Part shown: positions 1 to 7,478 of the stretch, in pieces
Layout: each line of letters begins with the position of its first letter
Position numbering within the stretch: position 1 is the stretch's first letter
Virus record (IMG/VR): IMGVR_UViG_3300032074_000012
Coordinates: 1-42,111 of that record
Source of the DNA: a virus
Taxonomy: Duplodnaviria; Caudoviricetes
Length of the DNA stretch: 42,111 bases
Direction: 5' to 3' (one strand)
The notes under the pieces: generated by a model
What the model was told of the DNA's origin: nothing
Seen by the model: only the letters and a program-made list of their open reading frames with translations
Databases searched by the model: none
Position numbers and translations under genes: made by a program

Positions 1-120
1 CAGTCGTCGCTGAGGGCTTTGCCGTAGGGGCCTTCTGTTTCGCGGTTTTGTCGGTTTTTGAGCGCACGATTAATTGCCTCTCTTTCTTGGTTTTCCCACC
101 AGACGGGACTTTCCCGTTCT
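1..120. repeat. Direct terminal repeat, left copy (probable circular-assembly overlap)
   Basis: Bases 1-120 are identical to 41992-42111 and fall inside coding sequence. Confidence 0.95.
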
Positions 121-1493
121 GGCTCCGCAATTGGATGTTTTCCGGTCCAATGGTAACTAAATCGGTGGAGGTATAAAGCCGCATCACCTTCGTCACTATG
201 TATCGGAAGCCCTGTTTTAGGGTCTTTTATGCTTTTAGCCCAAGCGGTGGCAACAATAGAATCCGGCTCCGCTTTAATGCGCCCTAGCAAAAAATCCGAA
301 TTCATCTGCTCTACGGCGCCGAGCTTGTATTTGGGGCTCTTGTCGACCGCCTGCCAATTGAAGCCGTATCGCATGTTTATGTCGTCTACGATCATAACGC
401 CCAAACCACCCGTATCTACGACCGTTCCGACAAATCCGTACCTGCGGTCCATCTCCTTCCATTTTTCGCAGATGGTCTGGATATACATGCCTCTTTGCGC
501 GTGGGGCTGCATATAGTAAAGGTTCTCGTCTTGGTAGGAAAACGCTCCGGGCTGAATAACCGTCTTATCCCGCTTACCTAAGTCGATGGCGCATATATGC
601 TGGTACTCTAGACGCGGATTGAAAGAACCGTCCCAATAGTTCCGAACCGGGTCATAGTAGTAGGCTTTCTCAGAATCCTCGGCTACCCATTCGGCCAGCT
701 GCTCCCGGCGAAACTTGGGCGAATCCTTCGTAAGTCCGAAAGGCTTGTAGGTTGTCTCAAAAACCTTATCAAGATCCCTTTCCTCGGGCCGCAAGAAACT
801 ATTGTCGCTTTTGATCCATTTGGCTACTTTCCATCCTTCGGGCTGCTCGATACAGACTTTATAGAATAGCCCTTGAAATACAGAGCCGGGAGTTCCGGAC
901 AAAACGAGCGTTCCGCCGTAGTCTCCAAGTCCCGGCAGGATTGCTTCGACAATAAGCTCTTCAAAGTGAGGCCCGAAATCCTTACACTCATCAAGTAAAG
1001 CGAGAGAATAAGCACCGCCACGCAAACGGGTAGGAGAATCAGCGTCGTGAGCGCCCAATAGCAATATCTGAGTTCCCCTGGGCGTAATAACACGTTTCTC
1101 GACCTCCTTGAATAATAGCCCCAAATTGAGCTTTGAGTTCAATTCTTTGAGGGGCAGCCAAAAGAGATCCTTTGCGTGGGCTTTCGAATCCGGCACGATA
1201 TAAACGATAGTGCTGCCCGGAAACTTCAAATCGTGCAACATACACTCAAACAGGTTGTATGTAGTCTTTCCGGTTCGCCGGGGGCAACAGACCGCTTTGA
1301 AGCGCGCATCCGCTAAAAGCATCTCCTTCTGCTTGTCGTGGGCTTTCTGGAGATATACGTTAAGATCGTGTTCTTTGACCTCTTGGCGGGTTCGGTCGAA
1401 TAGAACCTTTCCGCTGCGCGCGAGGCGTTTGTTCCGTTCCGCTATAACGGCCTTCGCCGTTATAGCATCGTTAATTTGATTTATTTTTCTCAT
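1..1493 (-). CDS. terL: Terminase large subunit, about 497 aa (not in ORF track)
   Basis: Manual translation from ATG 1493 (MRKINQIND...) gives Walker A CPRRTGKTT, LRGGAYSLALLDE (Walker B), LSGTPG (motif III), nuclease CAIDLGKRD and HSDEGDAALY. The TGA stop spans the circle junction (tca at 41991-41993). Confidence 0.93.
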   Translation of the reverse strand, partial: MRKINQINDAITAKAVIAERNKRLARSGKVLFDRTRQEVKEHDLNVYLQKAHDKQKEMLLADARFKAVCCPRRTGKTTYNLFECMLHDLKFPGSTIVYIVPDSKAHAKDLFWLPLKELNSKLNLGLLFKEVEKRVITPRGTQILLLGAHDADSPTRLRGGAYSLALLDECKDFGPHFEELIVEAILPGLGDYGGTLVLSGTPGSVFQGLFYKVCIEQPEGWKVAKWIKSDNSFLRPEERDLDKVFETTYKPFGLTKDSPKFRREQLAEWVAEDSEKAYYYDPVRNYWDGSFNPRLEYQHICAIDLGKRDKTVIQPGAFSYQDENLYYMQPHAQRGMYIQTICEKWKEMDRRYGFVGTVVDTGGLGVMIVDDINMRYGFNWQAVDKSPKYKLGAVEQMNSDFLLGRIKAEPDSIVATAWAKSIKDPKTGLPIHSDEGDAALYLHRFSYHWTGKHPIAEPERESPVWWENQEREAINRALKNRQNRETEGPYGKALSDD

Positions 1494-1763
1494 TTACTTT
1501 TTAATCGGAGAATTTAAATGTGGATTTTCTTTTTTGTTTTTAATCTCGGGAGCCAAACTTATATACCGGATATTTCCGTGCGGTATGATAATACGCTCTC
1601 CGTTACGGTAGGTGAGACGGACACAATTCCCGGATTCCTCCATAAGTACCGCGATAGACTTATCCGTAAAGGGTAGATGCGTTTTAGCTGGTGTGACCAG
1701 AATCGTGTTGGTGTAGCCGGCATCGGGAGTTCTGACAGTTTCCTTACATTCGACCGTAATCAT
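1494..1763 (-). CDS. Hypothetical protein, 89 aa
   Basis: ATG 1763 overlaps the GNAT stop (TAATG), and its TAA abuts the terL ATG. Confidence 0.7.
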   Translation of the reverse strand: MITVECKETVRTPDAGYTNTILVTPAKTHLPFTDKSIAVLMEESGNCVRLTYRNGERIIIPHGNIRYISLAPEIKNKKENPHLNSPIKK

Positions 1764-2242
1764 TAGTCGGCTCCTAGCATGAGATAATACTCGTCGTGCT
1801 CGATTAAATAGCGCTGGGATACGGAATTGCAAACCCGGTTCCAATGGCTCGCCACAACACCCATTCCAGCTGACCATCCTAAAGCCGCCACAATGGCTTT
1901 TGCGATCCCGCGCTCCCTATAGGGCTGTTTCACGTAAATGTAGTCAACGAGTATCCTTCCGTCGTCTAGCATCTGACCGCATGCAAAACCGACAATCCAC
2001 TCCGGAGCGTCCGCATCGCAGCCAATGATCATACTGCGCCGTTCGCCTAAAGCTGCGATTAATCTTTGGTGCCCGGTGAAATATACGGGATTCTTCATTG
2101 TCCGCTTTGTGTCGCGGTACGACTTCATCCACGAGGAAAGGACGAAATTGAAGTCTTCGGCTTTTACGGCCCTGAACGTTAAAGAAAAAGGAATCTCGGG
2201 ATCGCGTTCGGATTCCGGAGAAACGGTAGCTGTTTCACTCAT
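1763..2242 (-). CDS. GNAT-family acetyltransferase
   Basis: IVGFACG...YIYVKQPYRERGIAKAIV matches GNAT acetyl-CoA binding motif A. Confidence 0.8.
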   Translation of the reverse strand: MSETATVSPESERDPEIPFSLTFRAVKAEDFNFVLSSWMKSYRDTKRTMKNPVYFTGHQRLIAALGERRSMIIGCDADAPEWIVGFACGQMLDDGRILVDYIYVKQPYRERGIAKAIVAALGWSAGMGVVASHWNRVCNSVSQRYLIEHDEYYLMLGAD

Positions 2243-2296
2243 ACGGAGGGAATTGGCGGAAAATGAACGCTTTGTTAACTTTCTGGGGCTTTCGGC

Positions 2297-2325
2297 TTGA
2301 TCGGGGCTATTATTAAAACTATCCT
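2297..2325 (+). promoter_or_regulatory. Sigma70-like promoter
   Basis: TTGATC-N17-TATCCT upstream of the acidic-protein gene. Confidence 0.5.
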
Positions 2326-2354
2326 TACTTTGCGGCTTTGGCGAGACGCAAAGG

Positions 2355-2387
2355 CTCCGGATGGCATAAGGCTGTCCGGAGTTTTTT
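2355..2387 (+). terminator. Leader terminator or attenuator hairpin
   Basis: CTCCGGATGGC-ATAAG-GCTGTCCGGAG followed by T6, lying upstream of the SD at about 2395. Confidence 0.6.
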
Positions 2388-2406
2388 CTCGTCTGGAGTT
2401 GAACCT

Positions 2407-3270
2407 ATGTCCAAATCCAAGAAAATGATCAAGTTCTTCCTAAAAGAGCTTGAAGACTTCATCGAGCGACTTGAGGCCCATATTGTTGCTTCTGCGCCTG
2501 CGAAGGTGGAGCATCAATCGGAGCATCAATCGGAGCAACCTGCTCCAGCTGAGCAAAACACCCAAACCGAAGAGGAAATCCCAATGCTGATCAAATCCAC
2601 CGATGGTATCGGTCCCGATATCGAAACGTCCGATACGCCCAATCCCGGGCTGACCGCTGAGAAGAACGACGGAAGGGCTGTTGATCAAAGCGACGCTGTA
2701 GACACCAATAAGATCAACCTGCCTACCCCAATCGGAGCCCTAGCTCCTTTGAGCGTAAACGGCCCGATCCAAGACGGCTCCGACATGGCTGAAGATAAGC
2801 CCGTGGGCGATTCGTCCCCGATGGAAACGGAGCAAGACGAGCCTTCCACGGAGCACCAGGATATTGACCTCGGAGACGCCCCTGCTGCTGAGCCGCTGCC
2901 TGTAGACGAAAATGCTACCCCGAAGGCTAACACGAAGGTTACCTCGACTTTCGAGCCGATTGATCTGAAAGCCGATTCGCCCGCCATCTCCCCGCTTCAG
3001 CCCGATCCTGAGGCTTTGTCCCTTCCCGTGCTAGATATCGAGAAGAAGGACGATTCGTCGGATTCTTCTGATTCGGCTGCTCCAGCGGATTCTGCCGATT
3101 CTGAGGAAACCGAGTCGGGTGCGCAAACCGAGTCGGATGTTGAACTTGCTGCGAAGGTGGAGCCAACGGCTGATTTTGCTGTAGCTGACGAATCCGTTGA
3201 GGCTCCGGTTGAAGCTGAAGCTGAAGCTGAAGAGCCGGTTGCTCCTGAAGAGACGAAAGACAAGGAGTAA
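2407..3270 (+). CDS. Acidic Pro/Ala/Ser-rich disordered protein, 287 aa (moron)
   Basis: GGAG SD before ATG 2407; short N-terminal helix then low-complexity D/E/P/A/S sequence; has its own promoter and terminator. Confidence 0.8.
   Translation: MSKSKKMIKFFLKELEDFIERLEAHIVASAPAKVEHQSEHQSEQPAPAEQNTQTEEEIPMLIKSTDGIGPDIETSDTPNPGLTAEKNDGRAVDQSDAVDTNKINLPTPIGALAPLSVNGPIQDGSDMAEDKPVGDSSPMETEQDEPSTEHQDIDLGDAPAAEPLPVDENATPKANTKVTSTFEPIDLKADSPAISPLQPDPEALSLPVLDIEKKDDSSDSSDSAAPADSADSEETESGAQTESDVELAAKVEPTADFAVADESVEAPVEAEAEAEEPVAPEETKDKE
2508..2538 (+). repeat. 12-bp tandem repeat GGAGCATCAATC (about 2.5 copies)
   Basis: Encodes EHQS EHQS EQ. Confidence 0.8.
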
Positions 3271-3280
3271 CCTAGGTCTG

Positions 3281-3313
3281 AAAAGTAGGGGGCTTTCGGG
3301 CTCCCTATTTTTT
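3281..3313 (+). terminator. Rho-independent terminator, likely bidirectional
   Basis: AAAAGTAGGGGGCT-TTCG-GGCTCCCTATTTTTT. Confidence 0.85.
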
Positions 3314-3375
3314 ATGTATCCTAAACAGTCTAGGTAAAACCTAACACTTACACCTACATCTTTCTAGGAGCCACC

Positions 3376-3561
3376 ATGGCAGACATCATCGTTAACGTAA
3401 CCGATCTTAACTACCCGCCACGAATCGATAACGTTACTTTGCCCGGTATTCCCCGCCAGGGCGATAGCTTCCAATGGGAAGCTGACAGTCCTGCCACCAC
3501 CATTCAAAAGGTTACGTGGTGCGGAGCTGACGGCGGAAGCATTTTGATCCAAGTTATTTAA
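3376..3561 (+). CDS. Small hypothetical protein, 61 aa
   Basis: AGGAG SD 5 nt upstream of ATG. Confidence 0.7.
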   Translation: MADIIVNVTDLNYPPRIDNVTLPGIPRQGDSFQWEADSPATTIQKVTWCGADGGSILIQVI

Positions 3562-3706
3562 TTTCTTTTTTTTATTTTTTTTATATAGCGCCCGCCGTTT
3601 TTATTTCGTGAGAGAGATTGCGGCGGTGCGCTGCCGGGCAGCCAAAAAAAATATGGGGAACGGCCCCCCCTCTGAGCTCAACCCCCCCCCCCCCCTCGAA
3701 AACGGA

Positions 3707-4054
3707 CTAGGTATCCTCCCTAGTCTGGCCATCAAGCCCCAAATGGGCCCTAGCGACGGTATCTAAAGCCTGTAATTCCTCGTCTGAGAGATTGCTGAGG
3801 TTCATCTGAGAGGTGCGGCGCATTTCAGTTTGCTGCAAAGACGTTAAAGACGTGACTAGTTTGCAAAAAGCGGAAGCTTTCTGAACCGTGAAAGTTTCGA
3901 GGTGTGCTTCCCCCCTAAACATGCCCAATTGCGTCGCTAGGACTTGGTAGGCATCATCTAGCATCCTATTGACCGTAGGAGTAGGGCTCCTGATAACGGT
4001 CACCCTCTTGGGTGCGGGGAGAGGAAATTTCGGTTTTTCGGGTTTTTCACTCAT
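3707..4054 (-). CDS. Putative terminase small subunit
   Basis: Helical protein with C-terminal NLSNLSDEELQAL typical of TerS; upstream of terL on the same strand; likely ATG 4054. Confidence 0.55.
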   Translation of the reverse strand: MSEKPEKPKFPLPAPKRVTVIRSPTPTVNRMLDDAYQVLATQLGMFRGEAHLETFTVQKASAFCKLVTSLTSLQQTEMRRTSQMNLSNLSDEELQALDTVARAHLGLDGQTREDT

Positions 4055-4113
4055 AACCGGGTATTTGAATACGCGGCCCACAATTGTCAATCTGTGTGGC
4101 TTTCCCCGTTTTG

Positions 4114-4335
4114 TCAAATACCCCGGCCAAAGGGCCGTGTTTTGGCCCGCTCCACGGTTGCCTCTAACCGCCTGAGATATAGCTTAGAAGCTGTCAGACG
4201 GGCCATAGCCCGGTCTAGAAGCTCCAGTGTAGGTATGGACTGTGGCTCCCCTTGCAGCCGGGTCACAGCCGCTTCCCGGTTTTCTAGGTCAATCAGCGCC
4301 GCTTCAAGATTTTCGGCCATTACTTGGATGCCCAT
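4114..4335 (-). CDS. Small coiled-coil hypothetical protein (cassette 1)
   Basis: AGGGGGG SD; repeated promoter at 4371-4401. Confidence 0.7.
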   Translation of the reverse strand: MGIQVMAENLEAALIDLENREAAVTRLQGEPQSIPTLELLDRAMARLTASKLYLRRLEATVERAKTRPFGRGI

Positions 4336-4370
4336 TGCTACCCCCCTGTTTTAGTGTTTTGCCTTACAAT

Positions 4371-4401
4371 TAAGTTTTCGGCCGGTTTCGGAGACTGTTG
4401 C
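4371..4401 (-). promoter_or_regulatory. Repeated promoter copy 1
   Basis: Minus strand GCAACA-N15-CGAAAACTTA. Confidence 0.85.
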
Positions 4402-4410
4402 GTAAAATTT

Positions 4411-4803
4411 TCACCCATAAACGATTTCACCGAACACGCAACACTGAAGGAATACGTCGCCGGTCTCTGAATCAATGTTCTCATTAATCAAATCGGCAAA
4501 GTGACGCGGCGCTATGGTGGCCATGGCCTGAATCCCTCTCTGAATAGCAGCCAAGTCTAACGTGTAAATCTTATCATCCTCAGTGTCGGAGACGATAACG
4601 GCACCACCTTCAGAGAGAGGATATTGCACGTAAGGGTATAGATGCCCGGCCTCCCATGGCCATATGTTTCTAGGGTGTGTGTAATCTGATATCTCAGCCC
4701 AATAGCTGGAGCCACCCTCAAAAGCCGAACAGAGAAGGTTCGCAATATCTCTGAAATCTACATCGATGGTGGTCTGAACAGTCAGTTTATCAGTAACTTT
4801 CAT
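4411..4803 (-). CDS. Conserved phage hypothetical protein (cassette 2)
   Basis: AGGAG SD; AFEGGSSYWA and GDVFLQCCVFGEIVYG resemble a recurrent uncharacterised phage family. Confidence 0.8.
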   Translation of the reverse strand: MKVTDKLTVQTTIDVDFRDIANLLCSAFEGGSSYWAEISDYTHPRNIWPWEAGHLYPYVQYPLSEGGAVIVSDTEDDKIYTLDLAAIQRGIQAMATIAPRHFADLINENIDSETGDVFLQCCVFGEIVYG

Positions 4804-4841
4804 TTTGTTTGCTCCTGTTTTAGTTTGTTTCAGCGTTCAAT

Positions 4842-4872
4842 TAAGTTTTCGGATTGATTTTGAGACTGTTGC
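4842..4872 (-). promoter_or_regulatory. Repeated promoter copy 2
   Basis: GCAACA-N15-CGAAAACTTA. Confidence 0.85.
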
Positions 4873-4879
4873 TAAAAAA

Positions 4880-5098
4880 TTACACAAGGCTTACAGCGTG
4901 AACTTTGCCGTCTGGCGTGTAGATTCGGCAACCGTCCGGCTCACAACCGGCCCCATACATCATTTCCTCAAAAACCGTCCAATAAAGCCCGTCAATATCA
5001 TCTGCTTCGAAGAAATCAATTGATTCCCATTGACCCTCAATTTTCTCAAACATTTCAGCGCTCAATTCGGCATCATTGATAATAACTTTGAATCTCAT
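4880..5098 (-). CDS. Small acidic protein (cassette 3)
   Basis: GGGAG SD; D/E-rich 72 aa. Confidence 0.8.
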   Translation of the reverse strand: MRFKVIINDAELSAEMFEKIEGQWESIDFFEADDIDGLYWTVFEEMMYGAGCEPDGCRIYTPDGKVHAVSLV

Positions 5099-5137
5099 TT
5101 TTTGCTCCCTGCTGAAAGGCTCAATTGCCTTGCATTT

Positions 5138-5168
5138 TAAGTTTTCGGGAGCAATCCAAAATTGTTGT
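5138..5168 (-). promoter_or_regulatory. Repeated promoter copy 3
   Basis: ACAACA-N15-CGAAAACTTA. Confidence 0.8.
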
Positions 5169-5185
5169 TGAAAAAAAGAAAAGCC

Positions 5186-5605
5186 CTAGCTTTTGGCAGG
5201 TTCGGGCGGTTTGGCCGGTTCCCCCGCAACGGGCCCAACAGGCTCCCCGGCAGCCGCATCTACGGGATTGGGCTTATAGGTGGGCGGTGGTGTAACAATT
5301 GGCACGGTTGCAGACCGGGCTTTAAGGCGAGCTTCAACGTCAGCGGTCGTGAGGTACCCTAGCCCCCTGGCAACAGGCAAAGTTAATTCATAGGCCCGGA
5401 TAATAGCCGGAAGCCCTTTAGCCCCAACACTTAAGGGCACCAGGGCTAGAGCGTCTTTAGATGCGCAAAACCTCAGGCCATCTTCTGAATTGCCAAAGAT
5501 TTTCATATTTACGGGGGTTGCAGGATTTGGCGGGTTTTCGTCGGGTTTGCTGGATTGACAAGTTAAGCGGAAATTTACGGTTTCTATACTTTTAACGAAT
5601 TCCAC
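5186..5605 (-). CDS. Hypothetical protein with Pro-rich tail; N-terminus similar to 5704-5940
   Basis: GGAG SD, GTG start; MEFVKSIETVNF versus MNFIKAAQTVNF. Confidence 0.75.
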   Translation of the reverse strand: MEFVKSIETVNFRLTCQSSKPDENPPNPATPVNMKIFGNSEDGLRFCASKDALALVPLSVGAKGLPAIIRAYELTLPVARGLGYLTTADVEARLKARSATVPIVTPPPTYKPNPVDAAAGEPVGPVAGEPAKPPEPAKS

Positions 5606-5703
5606 GGTGAGCTCCAGGGCTTGGGGGTAGTCCAGATTTTAGCGGTTTTCATGCCACAAACCCAGCCTAATCCCCCAATTGCCTGAAACATGCTCAACCC
5701 CGG

Positions 5704-5940
5704 TTAGGCGGCAGCTAGGATAGCAGCCAAAGCGGTCACGCCGTTTTCAAGGCTTTCAATCTTAGAGCCCAAATCGGCGGCCTCAATGGTGACCGGCACG
5801 GCTTTGGACAGCTTCTTAGCCTTGCAGAAAACCTTTGCCTCGTCCGTTGTGGGCTTAATGGTCAGGGAGAGTTTGCCGTCGCCCAAGGCCAAGATGGAGA
5901 TAACGAAATTCACGGTTTGAGCAGCTTTGATAAAATTCAT
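5704..5940 (-). CDS. Small hypothetical protein (cassette 4)
   Basis: AAGGA SD; promoter copy 4 upstream. Confidence 0.8.
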   Translation of the reverse strand: MNFIKAAQTVNFVISILALGDGKLSLTIKPTTDEAKVFCKAKKLSKAVPVTIEAADLGSKIESLENGVTALAAILAAA

Positions 5941-5984
5941 AATGTTTAGTCCTTTTTAGTTTCGGAGAGCGTTTTGCCCTCACT

Positions 5985-6016
5985 TTAGTTATCGGTCTGT
6001 TGTCTTTAACTGTTGC
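5985..6016 (-). promoter_or_regulatory. Repeated promoter copy 4
   Basis: GCAACA-N16-CGATAACTAA. Confidence 0.8.
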
Positions 6017-6019
6017 GTA

Positions 6020-6097
6020 CTCTGTTACGTTTTTTTGTTTGGGGGCAGCTTTTTAGTTTTCAAGCTAAGCGCTCACCCCCGCACAATTCAATCTACA
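6020..6097 (-). ncRNA. Candidate small RNA or structured leader (ORF-less cassette 5)
   Basis: Downstream of promoter copy 5; GGGGG...CCCCC-closed hairpin; no ORF with an SD. Confidence 0.35.
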
Positions 6098-6099
6098 CT

Positions 6100-6131
6100 T
6101 AAGGTTATCGGTTGGGTTGTTTTTTTGTTGC
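6100..6131 (-). promoter_or_regulatory. Repeated promoter copy 5
   Basis: GCAACA-N15-CGATAACCTTA. Confidence 0.8.
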
Positions 6132-6470
6132 TCACTCGCTGTCGTTTTCGTCTTGCAGCGTTTTGGCCGAGTCCCTCCAGCTATCGGGAGCCATCGCCTT
6201 GTGCCGCTCAATCTCGGACGTAACCCATGCGTGGCTTACCATAAGAGCCACCAGGGTACGAATTCGGAGATTGAATTTTTTATAGTAAAACATCTGGTCG
6301 TCGTCCGCATCCTTAACTTTCAAGCCGCGCACCATCTCAAAGGCCAATTCGGAAGCCGCGTAAGGCATCGTCCGTTTTGCCGTTTTTACGGATTCATACA
6401 AGTCTACAGCCAATTGCTCCAAAGCTTCCAATTCCTCAATATATTTAGTCTGTTGGTCATTCATTTTCAT
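6132..6470 (-). CDS. Helical hypothetical protein (cassette 6)
   Basis: AGGGAG SD; promoter copy 6 upstream. Confidence 0.8.
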   Translation of the reverse strand: MKMNDQQTKYIEELEALEQLAVDLYESVKTAKRTMPYAASELAFEMVRGLKVKDADDDQMFYYKKFNLRIRTLVALMVSHAWVTSEIERHKAMAPDSWRDSAKTLQDENDSE

Positions 6471-6505
6471 GCTCCCTTTTTATGTCATAGGTAGGTTTAC
6501 CTATC

Positions 6506-6536
6506 TATGTTATCGGTGTAAATTTTTTTATGTTGC
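6506..6536 (-). promoter_or_regulatory. Repeated promoter copy 6
   Basis: GCAACA-N15-CGATAACATA. Confidence 0.8.
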
Positions 6537-6818
6537 GTCTTTATTTTTTAATCGTTTGCCAAGTCTGTATAGACGCACGATTTTGTGGTCCGGGCCATCA
6601 TATAGGTTCCAGCCGCTAAACAATTCCATCATAGTGATACCGTGCGGATTTTGATATTCAACGGGCGGTTTCGGAAACGTATACCCCTCTTGAGCTTCTG
6701 CAAGTTTACGCTCAAACACTTTGCCGTAGGGCGTTGGTGCTTTGACCGTCCATGTGGCGTCAATTGTGCCGTCCGGCAATTCCACAAAAACCTCCCAATC
6801 TACGTGTTTCTTACCCAT
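6528..6818 (-). CDS. Hypothetical protein (cassette 7)
   Basis: AGGAG SD; promoter copy 7 upstream. Confidence 0.8.
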   Translation of the reverse strand: MGKKHVDWEVFVELPDGTIDATWTVKAPTPYGKVFERKLAEAQEGYTFPKPPVEYQNPHGITMMELFSGWNLYDGPDHKIVRLYRLGKRLKNKDAT

Positions 6819-6846
6819 TATTTTGCTCCTATGCTTCAGGTTACAT

Positions 6847-6878
6847 TTAGGTTATCGTTTAGCTCTAAATTTTGTTGC
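6847..6878 (-). promoter_or_regulatory. Repeated promoter copy 7
   Basis: GCAACA-N15-CGATAACCTAA. Confidence 0.8.
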
Positions 6879-6895
6879 TTAAAAACTGCCCGCTA

Positions 6896-7300
6896 TCAAT
6901 AAAATATGATTATTTGGCCGTCGCTAGTTTCAGTATAGTTTGAGCCGGAGAGGGAATCTTGGGCGAAACCCTCAAAGTCCACGTAAGAGCGGATATACAT
7001 TGGAACCTCAGGCTCAAGGTTCTCTACAAGATATCTGCCGTATTCCTCCCCATCCTCATGAAGCGAATATCCGCCATCTTTAATGATATTCCCTACGGTT
7101 TCAAGAATATCTGAATCTCCGGCATAATACTCCAAAATTGCGTCAACGACGTTTTCGTCAACCTTTCCAACCTTCTCAACAAATTCCCGGAGATTATTCA
7201 GTTCTTTTGCACCATCTGAACCTTCAAAGTCTTCCGCTTTAGCTTCCAAAGCTTCCAATTCCTCGATGCGCTCGTTAATGTTATACATGTCATAAATCAT
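6896..7300 (-). CDS. ardA: ArdA-like antirestriction (DNA-mimic) protein
   Basis: Very acidic; C-terminal EYGRYLVE...EVPMYIRSYVDFEGFAQD fits the ArdA IP..L..YIDYE..ARD pattern; AGGAG SD before ATG 7300. Confidence 0.7.
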   Translation of the reverse strand: MIYDMYNINERIEELEALEAKAEDFEGSDGAKELNNLREFVEKVGKVDENVVDAILEYYAGDSDILETVGNIIKDGGYSLHEDGEEYGRYLVENLEPEVPMYIRSYVDFEGFAQDSLSGSNYTETSDGQIIIFY

Positions 7301-7416
7301 TTTTTTGCTCCTAAGACGCAAATTGCGCCCAAAATTGTTAAGAATCCTAGAATGGGCAAGACTACCGAAAGCGATATCAAACCCTCAAAAAATAGCATCA
7401 TAATCAAGCCGGTCAT
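7297..7416 (-). CDS. 39-aa hydrophobic membrane peptide (not in ORF track)
   Basis: MTGLIMMLFFEGLISLSVVLPILGFLTILGAICVLGAKK; AGGA SD; ATGA overlap with the ArdA-like gene. Confidence 0.65.
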   Translation of the reverse strand: MTGLIMMLFFEGLISLSVVLPILGFLTILGAICVLGAKK

Positions 7417-7445
7417 CTTCTATCCTATTATAAAAACAAGCACAT

Positions 7446-7478
7446 TAAGATTATCGCTCCAATACCGATAACTGTTGC
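7446..7478 (-). promoter_or_regulatory. Repeated promoter copy 8
   Basis: GCAACA-N16-CGATAATCTTA. Confidence 0.8.

Noticed and set aside
1-120. Biological terminal repeat of the virion DNA
   Set aside because: It falls within overlapping coding sequences and is more simply explained as assembler overlap.
229-1479. Short ORFs suggesting a fragmented or recoded terminase
   Set aside because: They are off-frame shadows; terL is one uninterrupted frame under the standard code.
4371-7478. Repeats as a CRISPR array or integron attC sites
   Set aside because: The motif is bipartite with a variable middle, copies are separated by whole genes, and there is no palindromic attC fold; a promoter fits better.
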